64,000 bases of DNA from an uncultured Poribacteria bacterium (GTDB lineage: Bacteria; Poribacteria; WGA-4E; WGA-3G). The notes under the pieces were generated by a model. It had not been told where the DNA came from. It was given only the letters and a program-made list of their open reading frames with translations, and did no database searches. Shown in pieces: positions 40,422 through 50,716 of this stretch; the first letter of the stretch is position 1, and every line of letters starts with the position of its first letter. The position numbers and the translations under genes are program-made. Location of the stretch: the NCBI GenBank assembly GCA_958296135.2, contig CATQHZ020000001.1:352001-416000 (forward strand), in the 5' to 3' direction.

Positions 40422-41120
40422 TTAGGCAGCTCCGTTATCCCGAAAGGTTTCCAATTGAATGATGAGCCGCCCCAATTGCAGGCGCAATAACAGCACATAG
40501 ATTTGCATGAGCAGGCCGACGTGCGCCTCTGTCGGCAATTCGCTGGCATGGATCATCGCGAGGAATTTGTCGGCACGATCGCGAACCTGTTCCGCCTGCG
40601 CGATGTCCATCGCGTCGGTTTGCGCCGTGCTCTCTTTGATAAACTGCCAAATCCTGTCCTGAATTTCTAGCATGTAATTTTTTGTCATAACGGTGCGGGC
40701 GCGCTTCGCGGAATCCACCCAGATGGAATTCGCCTTCCAATTCAGCATAAATGCGATGCCGTTGATAATCACATCACGCAGGCTATCCTCGCCGGAGAGG
40801 AGCTCCTCTAGGTTAGTCACCCCTTCTGCCTCGGCGGAGAAGGTGCGGACGCGAGTGTAATCCTTCAGATTTTTCAACATCAACTCGTTTTCGGTGATGA
40901 GATTCCACAGCTCTGCGCTAGTTGCGAGGAGCGTCTCAACTTGTGTGCGCAGCGCGAGCGGCAGCTGTGCACGGATGCAACAGTAGTGGACGCTGTGGAG
41001 CCGACTCCGAAACTGGTGCAGATTGTCTGCTGTCTGGATCTCCGGCGAACGTGCAATCTGTGGGAGTAACTCATCCCGAATCTGATTTAAAAGGGTCTCG
41101 ATAGTGCGTTCGGCGTTCAT
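40422..41120 (-). CDS. hypothetical alpha-helical protein, probably leaderless
   Basis: 232-aa ORF; TTGACA-18-TATCAT (41157-41128) ends 7 nt before the ATG. Confidence 0.75.
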   Translation of the reverse strand: MNAERTIETLLNQIRDELLPQIARSPEIQTADNLHQFRSRLHSVHYCCIRAQLPLALRTQVETLLATSAELWNLITENELMLKNLKDYTRVRTFSAEAEGVTNLEELLSGEDSLRDVIINGIAFMLNWKANSIWVDSAKRARTVMTKNYMLEIQDRIWQFIKESTAQTDAMDIAQAEQVRDRADKFLAMIHASELPTEAHVGLLMQIYVLLLRLQLGRLIIQLETFRDNGAA

Positions 41121-41269
41121 ATCATTTATGATAACAGATTTTTCCGGTAGATGTCAACTAAATTGTCTGAATCGATGTTGGCATATTTTTTGGAAATATG
41201 ATATAATATCTCCAATATTACGCGTGCATCGTTAAATCGCGCGAAATCGTTAAGATGGGGGGGGGAAAT

Positions 41270-41476
41270 ATGTTAGGCCTTGGCCCTTGGGAATTACTGA
41301 TTGTGTTAGCCATTGTGCTACTCATCTTCGGCGGGAAACGCCTGCCGGAATTGGCGCGTGGCCTCGGCAAGAGTATCAATAACTTTAAGTCCGGCCTCAA
41401 CGAAGAAGAACCAGATGAGGCGGGTACTGAAACCGCTCGCGAGAAAGAACCACCGCAGAAGGAGCAGTCAAGTTAA
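41270..41476 (+). CDS. tatA: twin-arginine translocase TatA/E
   Basis: GPWELLIVLAIVLLIFGGKRLPELARGLGKSINNFK; promoter TTGGCA-18-TATAAT at 41178-41207. Confidence 0.95.
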   Translation: MLGLGPWELLIVLAIVLLIFGGKRLPELARGLGKSINNFKSGLNEEEPDEAGTETAREKEPPQKEQSS

Positions 41477-41686
41477 GGGGATTTCTGCGAATTCGTTCCC
41501 TCGTAGGCGCGCTTGGAAAGCGCGCCTACCGGGACTCATTCCTCTAAACGTGCAAGTGCTGTGAATGTATAGGGGCGGATTTCTATATCCGCCCGTATCC
41601 GGCGGCAAAAATTACCCGTTTATTTTCTGAAACTACATGAAGCGCGCCTACAAGGAATGTTTACGGAAGGCTTGAAGGGAGAAAAA

Positions 41687-42010
41687 ATGAGAGACAAATT
41701 ACCCGATTTCCTTCAGAAGGTAATTGACGAATACCCGGAGGTTTGGAAGGCGTATCAGGCGTTAGGTGAGGCGTGCAGCAACGCAGGCTCGCTTGACAGA
41801 AAGACAGCGAGGCTCGTGAAGCTGGCGTTAGCCATCGGCGCGAAATCGGAGGGCGCGGTGCATTCGCACGCACGCCGAGCCCTCCGCGAGGGAATTACGC
41901 CTGAGGAATTACAACAAGTCGCGCTGCTTGCGGTGACTTCTATCGGCTGGTCATCGAGTATGGCAGCGCTCTCTTGGATTCAGGATGTCACCGATAAACA
42001 TAACCAGTAG
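41687..42010 (+). CDS. carboxymuconolactone decarboxylase/AhpD-family protein
   Basis: LDRKTARLVKLALAIG..EGAVHSHARRAL..GITPEEL. Confidence 0.88.
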   Translation: MRDKLPDFLQKVIDEYPEVWKAYQALGEACSNAGSLDRKTARLVKLALAIGAKSEGAVHSHARRALREGITPEELQQVALLAVTSIGWSSSMAALSWIQDVTDKHNQ

Positions 42011-42259
42011 GCGGGACTTCCTGACCGGCGCGGGCGGTATCAAGCAAAGGTTCGCGCTGCAGGGAATGAAGTTTCAGTCACTAAGAGGTCATTTTCGGAA
42101 CGTGTGCACGCCCAGCGACTGTAAGGGCGGATTTCTAGGGTTTCCGCCCGTTTCCAACGGAAAAAACGACATGGTTATTTTTTATGCATCGCGAGTCCGG
42201 AGGCGACGTAACGGAGGGCTCTTCTACATTGAGACAGGGAAGCGCGCACGAGGAGCAAC

Positions 42260-43063
42260 ATGAACCCACTGAAATTCCTGAAAAACCCCGTTGAGCGGCT
42301 GTTTTACAATGCCTATCAAAAGCGGTTGGAGGCAGAGGCGAATACGTGGAACATTCCGCGCCACATCGGCATCATCCTCGATGGCAACCGCCGCTACGCC
42401 AGAGCAAGTGGCCTTGACAACGTCGTGAAAGGACACTACGAAGGCGCGAATAAACTTGAAGAGGTGCTGCATTGGTGCGATGAACTCGGTGTGGAGGTTT
42501 TCTCGATTTGGATATTCTCGTTGGATAACTTCAAGCGCGCCGAGGATGAAGTCGAAGGCATCCTCGGCCTGATCGAAGGGAAAATGCGGGAGTTGGTTAC
42601 GATTGAAGGGCTCCATGCCAACCAGATCAAAGTGCGGGCAATGGGGCAAATCGAATTGCTCCCGCCGAGTCTGCAAGAGGCTATCCGCGAGGCGGAGGTA
42701 GCCACGCAACATTACGACAAGTTTATCCTCAACGTCGCTGTTGCTTATGGCGGCCGCGAGGAGATTGTTGAGGCGTTTCGGGGGCACCTCAACGCAGAGG
42801 CTGCGAAGGGCAAAGATGTCGCGCAAATCGCGGCGGAACTCAGCGTTGACAAAATCACGCCGCATCTCTATACCTCCAATCTGCCAGACCCGGAGTTAAT
42901 CATCCGCACAAGCGGCGAGGCGCGGTTATCGGGTTTTCTGCTGTGGCAGAGCGTCTATTCGGAATTCTATTTTTGTGATACGTATTGGCCCTCGTTCCGG
43001 AAAATAGACTTCCTCCGTGCTTTGCGCGCCTATAGCCAACGCAAGCGGCGGTTTGGGCAATGA
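42260..43063 (+). CDS. uppS: cis-isoprenyl diphosphate synthase
   Basis: PRHIGIILDGNRR, FSLDNFKR, YGGREE, IRTSGEARLSGFLLWQ. Confidence 0.92.
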   Translation: MNPLKFLKNPVERLFYNAYQKRLEAEANTWNIPRHIGIILDGNRRYARASGLDNVVKGHYEGANKLEEVLHWCDELGVEVFSIWIFSLDNFKRAEDEVEGILGLIEGKMRELVTIEGLHANQIKVRAMGQIELLPPSLQEAIREAEVATQHYDKFILNVAVAYGGREEIVEAFRGHLNAEAAKGKDVAQIAAELSVDKITPHLYTSNLPDPELIIRTSGEARLSGFLLWQSVYSEFYFCDTYWPSFRKIDFLRALRAYSQRKRRFGQ

Positions 43064-43100
43064 TTTTGCGTCTGGCACAAAGCGAGAAGAGGCATCCAAA

Positions 43101-43493
43101 ATGAGTTCCATGTTGCCCGTAAACCTACTCATTCTCAGCATCCCGGCTTTCATCGTGATATGCTGGCTGCCAACAATGCAGGTCGCGAACCGTAGAATAG
43201 CAGTGGGGGTTGCGCTTGCCTGTGGATTTCTCAAAACGCTCGTGATGGAAATTGAGTTTAACTACAATTTCCTCAAACCGCTTTTCAACGAGATTCTGAC
43301 GTTTCTTCCACCGATGCTGATAAATCCGATTATCGGCGTGTTTCACATTGCCATTACCGCTTTTCTGCTGTGGATGGCAGCCAAACTTTTGGGGAACCGA
43401 TTTGAGATAGGGAGATTTTTCAACATCGTCATTGCTGCTATGCTGATTTCTGTCATTGAAATAGGGCTGATGCAGATTATCCTTCGTTTTTAG
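43101..43493 (+). CDS. hypothetical membrane protein
   Basis: Four hydrophobic segments. Confidence 0.65.
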   Translation: MSSMLPVNLLILSIPAFIVICWLPTMQVANRRIAVGVALACGFLKTLVMEIEFNYNFLKPLFNEILTFLPPMLINPIIGVFHIAITAFLLWMAAKLLGNRFEIGRFFNIVIAAMLISVIEIGLMQIILRF

Positions 43494-43656
43494 GACTGAT
43501 ACCAAATCGGAATAGGTTTCTCACCAATAGGCGCGACATCCCGGTCGCGATGAGGACTCCGTACCGAGATTAGCCGATTTATTTTTCCATTTTCATTTGA
43601 ACGAACGTGAACTACAGAAAAACAAACGTGATAAAACACGAGAAAGGAACAACTTG

Positions 43657-44424
43657 ATGCGATTTGGCATTTGTACCGGGTTAGAAAACGTCAATCGGCT
43701 TGCAGAAGCCGGGTATGATTATATTGAATTGGGCGTGCAGCGCGCGCTCATCCCAGAAGCGGACGAAACTGAATTTCAGAAGATTCGGGAACAGGTGGCA
43801 GCGGCACCCTTGAAACCAGAAGCATACGCAGGGTTCATACCAGGTAATCTGCGTGTCGTCGGCGACAACGTCGATTTGCCACGCCTCTCTCGCTACGTCG
43901 AGACAGCGTGCCGCAGAGGGCACGAACTTGGCGGCGAGGTTATCGTCTACGGAAGTGCAGGCTCGCGAAGCATCGAGGAAGGCTACTCCCGCGAACGCGC
44001 ATTGGCACAGATTGCCGAATTCCTTGATATGGCGGCAGACCACGGTGAAGCGCACGGCATCACCATCGTCATTGAACCCATCTGCCGGAGGGAGGGAAAC
44101 ATCCTGCGCACTGTCGCGGACGGCCTCGCCATGGCGAAGCGCGTCGACCGGAAGGCAGTTAAGGCACTCGCCGACCTCTACCACGTCTGGCAGGAAAATG
44201 AACCGATGCAAAACATTGTCGATGCAGCGGAATGGCTGGAGCACGTGCATATTGCCGAACCGGTCAAGCGTTCCTACCCCGGCAATGACGACTTTGATTT
44301 CACCGATTTCTTCACGGCACTCCAGAAAGCTGGCTACGATGGCCGCGTCTCCTGCGAGTGCAAGTTTGACGATTTTGATACGGATATAGAAACCGCGTTG
44401 CAAACGATGAAGAAGTATGTCTAA
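43657..44424 (+). CDS. sugar phosphate isomerase/epimerase (TIM barrel)
   Basis: GYDYIEL, VIEP, DLYH, HVHIAE, GYDGRVSCE. Confidence 0.9.
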   Translation: MRFGICTGLENVNRLAEAGYDYIELGVQRALIPEADETEFQKIREQVAAAPLKPEAYAGFIPGNLRVVGDNVDLPRLSRYVETACRRGHELGGEVIVYGSAGSRSIEEGYSRERALAQIAEFLDMAADHGEAHGITIVIEPICRREGNILRTVADGLAMAKRVDRKAVKALADLYHVWQENEPMQNIVDAAEWLEHVHIAEPVKRSYPGNDDFDFTDFFTALQKAGYDGRVSCECKFDDFDTDIETALQTMKKYV

Positions 44425-44577
44425 TTTTCTCCGTAGGTTGAGGGCCTGTCCCTCAACAGGTTTTTTTCTCCGTAGGTTGAGGGCCTGTCCCTCAACAGGT
44501 TTTTTTCTCCGTAGGTTGAGGGCCTGTCCCTCAACAGGTTTTTTTCTCCGTAGGTTGAGGGCCTGTCCCTCAACAGG
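44425..44577. repeat. 4 x 39-bp tandem REP array (GTAGGTTGAGGGCCTGTCCCTCAAC)
   Basis: GTAG at 44433, 44472, 44511, 44550; identical linkers. Confidence 0.95.
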
Positions 44578-44612
44578 CTCCGCCTAATAGATAATCCTGT
44601 AAAAATAGGCAC

Positions 44613-44736
44613 GGCGAGGGACAGTGGACATCTCTGCAGCGAGGCTGCAGATATGACAAAGTTAAAGGTAGCGTGCTTTCGCGTGGCGACACACGCACAT
44701 TTTCTGTAGGCGTGACCGTAACGGCCCTCGCCCTAC
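44613..44736. repeat. cargo-bearing REP
   Basis: Homologous to 14090-14310 with one 45-bp unit. Confidence 0.85.
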
Positions 44737-44744
44737 GGTAGGAG

Positions 44745-45818
44745 GTGGAATTCACCGGAAGGCGAGAGATAAGCCTTCGCTATCCGGTGAAACGAACGGG
44801 TAATAGGGAGGTGGGTTTTATCCTTACTCGCGAACGAGGCCGAGTTATCCGCGCGCGAACGGGGTTCTATGACGTTCAGCACGGTGAACTTGTCCTGCGA
44901 TGCACGCTCCGCGGCACCCTCAAACGGAAACACCGCACCGAAACCGGACGCAGAATCTACGCAGACCCGGGTGCTGTCGGCGATGAGGTGCTCTTCTCGC
45001 AGATTGATGATGAAGAAGGCGTGGTAGAAGATATCCTACCGCGCCAGACGAAGTTCTCGCGGCAATACGCAGGGAGGCACGGCGATATCGAGCAGGTTAT
45101 CGTTGCGAACGCGCATCAGATTGTCGCTGTCGTCTCAACCGCGATGCCGCCGCTGAATTTTCGGACGCTGGACCGGTTCCTCATTCTGGCGGAAGCCGGT
45201 GAGATGGATGCAGTCATCTGCCTCAATAAGATGGATTTGGTGGATGTTGCCCAACGTCGCGAATTTATTGGCATCGAGACCGGGAGGGCTCTCCTACCGG
45301 AAGACATTGAGACCGGGAGGGCTCTCCTACCGAATTATGAGCAACTGGGGTATCGCGTCATCTATACTAGCATCAATATGCCCGAAAGCCTTGAGGCACT
45401 TCGGGAGGTGTTGCGGGATAAATTTAGCGTCATCGTCGGTGCATCTGGCGTAGGGAAATCGAGTCTGCTGAACGCTATCCAACCGAATTTGGGCTTGCGT
45501 ACCGGTGAAGTCGGCGAGAAGACGCAGAAGGGCCGCCACACGACGACGCTGGTTGAGCTGTTCGCGCTGGACATCGGCGGCGAAGTTGCTGATACGCCCG
45601 GCATCCGAGAAGTTGGGTTGTGGGGGGTTGACACGGAGAATCTCGAACACTATTTTCCAGAGATGGAGCCTTATCTCGGTACGTGCAAATACAACGACTG
45701 CGCGCATGTCAGCGAGCCCGATTGTGCGGTTCAGGATGCCGTTGAAAGCGGCGACATCCATCCCGAACGCTATCGGAGTTATGTCGTGCTACGGATGGGG
45801 GATGATGCGGGGCTTTAA
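44745..45818 (+). CDS. rsgA: ribosome small subunit-dependent GTPase A
   Basis: NKMD, GASGVGKSS, GRHTTT, DTPGIRE, CKYNDCAHVSEPDC; start uncertain. Confidence 0.95.
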   Translation: MEFTGRREISLRYPVKRTGNREVGFILTRERGRVIRARTGFYDVQHGELVLRCTLRGTLKRKHRTETGRRIYADPGAVGDEVLFSQIDDEEGVVEDILPRQTKFSRQYAGRHGDIEQVIVANAHQIVAVVSTAMPPLNFRTLDRFLILAEAGEMDAVICLNKMDLVDVAQRREFIGIETGRALLPEDIETGRALLPNYEQLGYRVIYTSINMPESLEALREVLRDKFSVIVGASGVGKSSLLNAIQPNLGLRTGEVGEKTQKGRHTTTLVELFALDIGGEVADTPGIREVGLWGVDTENLEHYFPEMEPYLGTCKYNDCAHVSEPDCAVQDAVESGDIHPERYRSYVVLRMGDDAGL

Positions 45819-46001
45819 AACCTTTTTGGCCCGTAGCGCGGGGGCCCGGCAGTCACTAACTGCCGAGGGTTTCCCCCGCGAAGCCTGTAGCCTGGCAAGG
45901 GCGGCGATAAGCCTGCTTATGCGGTGCAACGCAGGCTGTCTTCCATGTAGGCGTAACGGTGCTCGCCCTACAGGACTGCAAAACGGATGCGCTCCCTACC
46001 T

Positions 46002-46883
46002 CTACACAGCCCTGTGCCCCGCATACCCGCGCGGGTTTTCAAAAGCATCCACCCACAGATGAGACCACTCTTCATGCTTTGTCAAAACAGAACCGGGGTT
46101 TTTGCGGCTGCGGACGACAAAGTCGGGATGCGCTGTCCTGCCGGTGTGATGTCCTGTCGTCTGATAGCGCAAATCCAATGACCAGCGACACCGGTCGGAG
46201 GTATTCGGCTGCGAACGGTGCGGCGTAAACCGACTTAATAAGATGACATCGCCGCGATAACACTCCAGCATGAGCGGTTCAACGTCCGGCATCAGTTCCG
46301 GTTTAATCATCGTGCCTCCCTCTTTCTGATGGACGAGGTAACCCTTTTCTTCGGTGATGCCGGGCAGTGCTTCGAGGCATCCCATCTCCACCGTGCTATC
46401 GCCGAGTGGCAGCCAACATGTCACGATAGCTGAGCCCTCCGCTTCCGGCATCATGACACCGGCATCTTGGTGCCATGGCACGCCGCCTGCCCAACTGGCA
46501 TTGCCATCTATCACCGGCGGTTTGGCGCGCAGATGCTGGATAGGGTTGCAGGTAATCTCCGGCCCGACAACCCCTTCAATTACATCTAATAGATTGTCGT
46601 TTCTGAAGAATTCAAAGATTGCCTTGCCGCGGTAGTGCATGATGTCTAGTCCGCTTGCCATTTCTGCGGACTGTGCGAGAAGCTTCGCGAATCGCCGGTC
46701 GAAGGGTTCGTCTTCGTAGAGGTTCTCGATCTTTCCCTCTTGCTGTAAGGCGATGGCGCGTGCCGAGATCCAGTCGGAGATTTCGTCAATGACAGGCTGC
46801 AGGTCAGCGTCAGTCAGCGCGTTTTTGACGATCAGCACGCCTTGGGTTTGGAAGGTATCGCATTGTTGTTGTGTCAGTTTCAT
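46002..46883 (-). CDS. phytanoyl-CoA dioxygenase (PhyH) family protein
   Basis: WHQD, CWLPL, GCL, TPHRS.PN.S..CRWSLDLRY. Confidence 0.92.
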   Translation of the reverse strand: MKLTQQQCDTFQTQGVLIVKNALTDADLQPVIDEISDWISARAIALQQEGKIENLYEDEPFDRRFAKLLAQSAEMASGLDIMHYRGKAIFEFFRNDNLLDVIEGVVGPEITCNPIQHLRAKPPVIDGNASWAGGVPWHQDAGVMMPEAEGSAIVTCWLPLGDSTVEMGCLEALPGITEEKGYLVHQKEGGTMIKPELMPDVEPLMLECYRGDVILLSRFTPHRSQPNTSDRCRWSLDLRYQTTGHHTGRTAHPDFVVRSRKNPGSVLTKHEEWSHLWVDAFENPRGYAGHRAV

Positions 46884-47134
46884 AAAGCGTCTCCTTTTTT
46901 TCGGGACCGGGAGGGTCCTCCTACATGAGAAGGTATGATAGCAGAGTTGGGTAGAATTTGGCAAGAAAAAAGTTGTCTATTTTTACCGTAGGGCGAGGGT
47001 CTGTCCCTCGCCAGATCCGAGTGTCCGCTTCTTCCCCGTAGGGCGAGGGCCTGTCCCTCGCCATGCCCGATCGTGACAGGAAAATCCTTGCTTGGGCCAA
47101 GGACGTTTTTCGCCTAAGTAGGGTTCGCGGGGGA

Positions 47135-47571
47135 AACCCTCGGCAGTTAGTGACTGCAACCCTCGGCAGTTAGTGACTGCAACCCTCGGCAGTTAGTGAC
47201 TGCAACCCTCGGCAGTTAGTGACTGCAACCCTCGGCAGTTAGTGACTGCAACCCTCGGCAGTTAGTGACTGCAACCCTCGGCAGTTAGTGACTGCAACCC
47301 TCGGCAGTTAGTGACTGCAACCCTCGGCAGTTAGTGACTGCAACCCTCGGCAGTTAGTGACTGCAACCCTCGGCAGTTAGTGACTGCAACCCTCGGCAGT
47401 TAGTGACTGCAACCCTCGGCAGTTAGTGACTGCAACCCTCGGCAGTTAGTGACTGCAACCCTCGGCAGTTAGTGACTGCAACCCTCGGCAGTTAGTGACT
47501 GCAACCCTCGGCAGTTAGTGACTGCAACCCTCGGCAGTTAGTGACTGCAACCCTCGGCAGTTAGTGACTGC
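47135..47571. repeat. perfect 19 x 23-bp tandem array AACCCTCGGCAGTTAGTGACTGC inside a REP
   Basis: 437 bp = 19 x 23; single-unit parent at 48565-48611 and inverted at 45833-45880. Confidence 0.95.
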
Positions 47572-47636
47572 CGGGCCCCCGCGCTACGGACTGGACGGCG
47601 GTTAACGAAAGAAACTTGCGTTAGGAGGTTTTATCT

Positions 47637-48503
47637 ATGCATTATTCTATCAAAACGATTATCCGATCAACGCCGCGAATCGCATTCACAGTGGCGTTAG
47701 CCTTCATCCTCTGCCTCTGCACAGGATGCGTTAATCTCAGCACCGTCGGCAACGTAGGGAATACGCTCCTTGACGAATTCGGGGATGTCAACATCTTCAC
47801 CGATGCAGAGGAACAGCAATTCGGCAAGGAATTTGTGGCGCAACATGATAAGCAGGTTACGTTCCACACAGACCCGGTTGTCACTAACTATATCAATGAC
47901 CTCGGGCAAACGCTGGTCCGCTATAGCAAGCGCAACGACATCCCTTACACGTTCAAGGTGGTAGCGACGAAGGGAGTCAACGCGTATGCTGTCCCCGGCG
48001 GCTATATTTACGTGCATCTCGATCTGATTCGGATGGCGAAGACAGAATCGGAGTTGGCGGCGGTGCTCGGGCACGAAATCGGGCATATCGTCGGCAGGCA
48101 CTCGATGAAACGGCTTACGAAGGCATACGGCATCGAAATTGTGAAACGGTTGCTCGTCAAGGAGGATGCAGGCGAGTTTAAAAAACTGGTGGCGGATGTC
48201 CTAGCGGCGGGGTTGCTCTTCAAATATAGCCGTGACGATGAGCGCGAGTCGGATTTCTACGGCGTGCAGAATGCCTACGATGCGGGGATATCACCGGAGG
48301 GCGCGGCGACGTTCTTTGATACACTGCGCGAGATGCAAGGGAGAGAGCCTTCTTCGTTGGAACTGATGCTGTCGACGCATCCGGCGAGTAGTGAACGTGT
48401 GCGGAATGTGCGTGGGCAGATCAGCGGTTTGCCGCCGAAATCGGGGTTGCGGGCAGATTCGTCGCGTTTCCAGCAGGTGAAGCGTCGGATATCTTCCCGT
48501 TAA
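47637..48503 (+). CDS. M48-family metalloprotease lipoprotein (BepA/LoiP-like)
   Basis: NAYAVPGG, LGHEIGH, YSRDDERESD, LSTHP. Confidence 0.92.
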   Translation: MHYSIKTIIRSTPRIAFTVALAFILCLCTGCVNLSTVGNVGNTLLDEFGDVNIFTDAEEQQFGKEFVAQHDKQVTFHTDPVVTNYINDLGQTLVRYSKRNDIPYTFKVVATKGVNAYAVPGGYIYVHLDLIRMAKTESELAAVLGHEIGHIVGRHSMKRLTKAYGIEIVKRLLVKEDAGEFKKLVADVLAAGLLFKYSRDDERESDFYGVQNAYDAGISPEGAATFFDTLREMQGREPSSLELMLSTHPASSERVRNVRGQISGLPPKSGLRADSSRFQQVKRRISSR

Positions 48504-48689
48504 CCGTAGGGCGAAGGTCTGTCCCTGCTCGGGTTCAGGCCGTTTTTCGCCTAGGTCAGGGTTCGCGGGGGAAACCCTCGGCAGTTAGTGACTGCCGGGC
48601 CCCCGCGCTACGGACTCACAGCTATTCACCGTAGGGCGAGGGGAGGACAGGCCCCCGCGCTACGAACCCGTTCACAAAGAGAAATTGGC

Positions 48690-48719
48690 TTGCACAGCCC
48701 CCAAAAGATATGCTATAAT
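48690..48719 (+). promoter_or_regulatory. sigma70 promoter
   Basis: TTGCAC-18-TATAAT with TG. Confidence 0.65.
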
Positions 48720-48773
48720 AGTCACAACTCACAATTTGGAAAAATTATTGAAGCATAGTGGAGGAGTTGAATC

Positions 48774-50054
48774 ATGAAACGGGCAGTTTACATCCCTTTT
48801 ATCTGCCTCCTCGCCATCGGTTGCCTTGCAACTCGGGGCGCAACACAGGTAGAAGAAATGGCCATCGGCAACACGTTTGGCGTGGGCGCGCGGGAGATGG
48901 GCATGGGCGGCGCATCCCTCGGACTCGCCGACGATTACACCGCGCTCTATTGGAACCCCGCGGGCTTAGCCCAAATCCGCAAGTTTGAGCTGTTCAGCAG
49001 CTTCTCGCATAACACCGCGACTGCGGATACTACCTTCGCCGGCGCAGAAACAACCGGCACCAGCCGTTCGCAGGTGCGCCCAAACGCCCTCGGAATGGTT
49101 TATCCGTTCCATGCTAGACACGGCGGAGTCGCAATCGCATTCGGATACAACCGCGCGCAAAATTTCGACCACCAGACCGCCATTCAGGGCATCGACCCGG
49201 GCACCGGAACCGAGTTCAGCGGGCTCGCTGTCGATGAAACCAACGTCAACACCGGAGGTATCGGGATTTGGAGTTTCGGCGTGAGTTCGTTCATCACGAA
49301 GCGGATTCTCATCGGCGGCTCAGTCGATTTCTGGCAAGGACATAGCCTCAATGAGCTGGATACCACCGCCACTGACATCGTCAACGTCGACAGCGAACTG
49401 GCGCGCTTCAGATACGACGATGAAACCGACCGGGAATATTCAGGCATCGGCGGCAGGGTAGGACTGCTGGCACACGTAACAGACGCTGTTAGCCTCGGCG
49501 TAACTCTCGTCTCGCCCATTGAACTCGGCGTTGACGAATACTGGTATCAGAGCACCGTCGCTTTTTACGATGACGGGGAAGAAGTCACCGATTCGGAAAG
49601 CGGCACGCAAGCGTTCGATATTGAGCGGCCGTTTGAAATCGGGACAGGCATCGCCATCAAACTGCTGGACAAACGCCTGATTTTGGCGGGCGATGTCCAA
49701 CTCAACGACTGGACGCAAACCCGCTACGATCCGGTGCCTGCGGACGATATTTCGCAGAACAATTTCGAGAAATTCTACGCCACCACGCTTCAAACGCGGC
49801 TCGGCGCAGAATATCGCATTCCGGGGATTGATACGCACGTCCGTCTCGGTTATTTTCGCGATACCATCCCGTTCACGGAAACTGACGTTGAGAACGAGCG
49901 CGATTTCTTGACGGGGGGTGTCGGCAAGGTTTTTGAGAATATGCTGAAGGTAGATATTGCGTATATGCGGGGCAGTTGGCAGCGCAGCAGTAATGCGTTA
50001 ACGACTGAACGGATAACGCACCGGGTCTTCGTGTCGGCGGGATACCGGTTTTAG
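48774..50054 (+). CDS. FadL/TodX-like outer-membrane transport protein
   Basis: GAREMGMGGA..LADDYTALYWNPAGL; C-terminal GYRF. Confidence 0.87.
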   Translation: MKRAVYIPFICLLAIGCLATRGATQVEEMAIGNTFGVGAREMGMGGASLGLADDYTALYWNPAGLAQIRKFELFSSFSHNTATADTTFAGAETTGTSRSQVRPNALGMVYPFHARHGGVAIAFGYNRAQNFDHQTAIQGIDPGTGTEFSGLAVDETNVNTGGIGIWSFGVSSFITKRILIGGSVDFWQGHSLNELDTTATDIVNVDSELARFRYDDETDREYSGIGGRVGLLAHVTDAVSLGVTLVSPIELGVDEYWYQSTVAFYDDGEEVTDSESGTQAFDIERPFEIGTGIAIKLLDKRLILAGDVQLNDWTQTRYDPVPADDISQNNFEKFYATTLQTRLGAEYRIPGIDTHVRLGYFRDTIPFTETDVENERDFLTGGVGKVFENMLKVDIAYMRGSWQRSSNALTTERITHRVFVSAGYRF

Positions 50055-50314
50055 TAAGTTAGGCTTGACGTAAATTTCATTATTGTTTCTAGGCTCGGTT
50101 TGAAACTGCGCCTACCGGGAGGCGTTTCTGCGTAAGCCCTAAGAAGTCAGGGGAAAACGCAGGGCGAGGGGAACCCTCGGCGATTCGCGATCGCCGGGCC
50201 CTCGCCACCGTTGAGGGTTCGCGAGGGACAGGTTTTCCCTCGCGCTGCGGGAACTGAGCCCTGGAAGAATCGCGAGCTATCGCGCTACGGGGGGCAGTTA
50301 GGTTTCGGTTTCGC

Positions 50315-50716
50315 TTAAACCAATTGGATATAAGCCATCTGCGCGCCATCGCCTTTGCGAAGTTCGCCGCGGATAATCCGCGTGTATCCGCCGTTCCGGT
50401 CTTGATACCGCGGCCCGATTTCGTCAAACAACTTTTGTAGGACAGCGTGTTTGTCAAGCGCGCCGCTATCGCCTCGGCGCGGCGTGTAGTGCAGGTTGCG
50501 GCCGTAAAGCATCTTTGCGGCTTGGCGGCGTGCATGAAGATCTCCCTTTTTGGCGAGGGTAATCAACTTTTCCGCGACGCGTCGCAGTTCCTTGCACTTG
50601 GGCAAAGTTGTGCGTATCTGTTCGTGCTCAAAAAGCGCGGTTGCCTGGTTCCGGAAGAGAGCCTTGCGATGGCTCGTCGTCCGTCCAAGTTTCCGTCCCT
50701 GTTTTCTATGACGCAT
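50315..50716 (-). CDS. rplQ: 50S ribosomal protein L17
   Basis: [12 protein letters not shown]...RNGGYTRI. Confidence 0.97.
   Translation of the reverse strand: MRHRKQGRKLGRTTSHRKALFRNQATALFEHEQIRTTLPKCKELRRVAEKLITLAKKGDLHARRQAAKMLYGRNLHYTPRRGDSGALDKHAVLQKLFDEIGPRYQDRNGGYTRIIRGELRKGDGAQMAYIQLV

Noticed and set aside
41257-41265. G9 tract before tatA as a phase-variation switch
   Set aside because: It sits at the SD position outside the likely CDS; nothing visible shows variation
44425-44577. CRISPR mini-array
   Set aside because: The 14-nt linkers are identical, and the repeat is a dispersed REP
47135-47571. CRISPR array
   Set aside because: Units are contiguous and identical with no spacers; no cas genes; the unit derives from a REP interior
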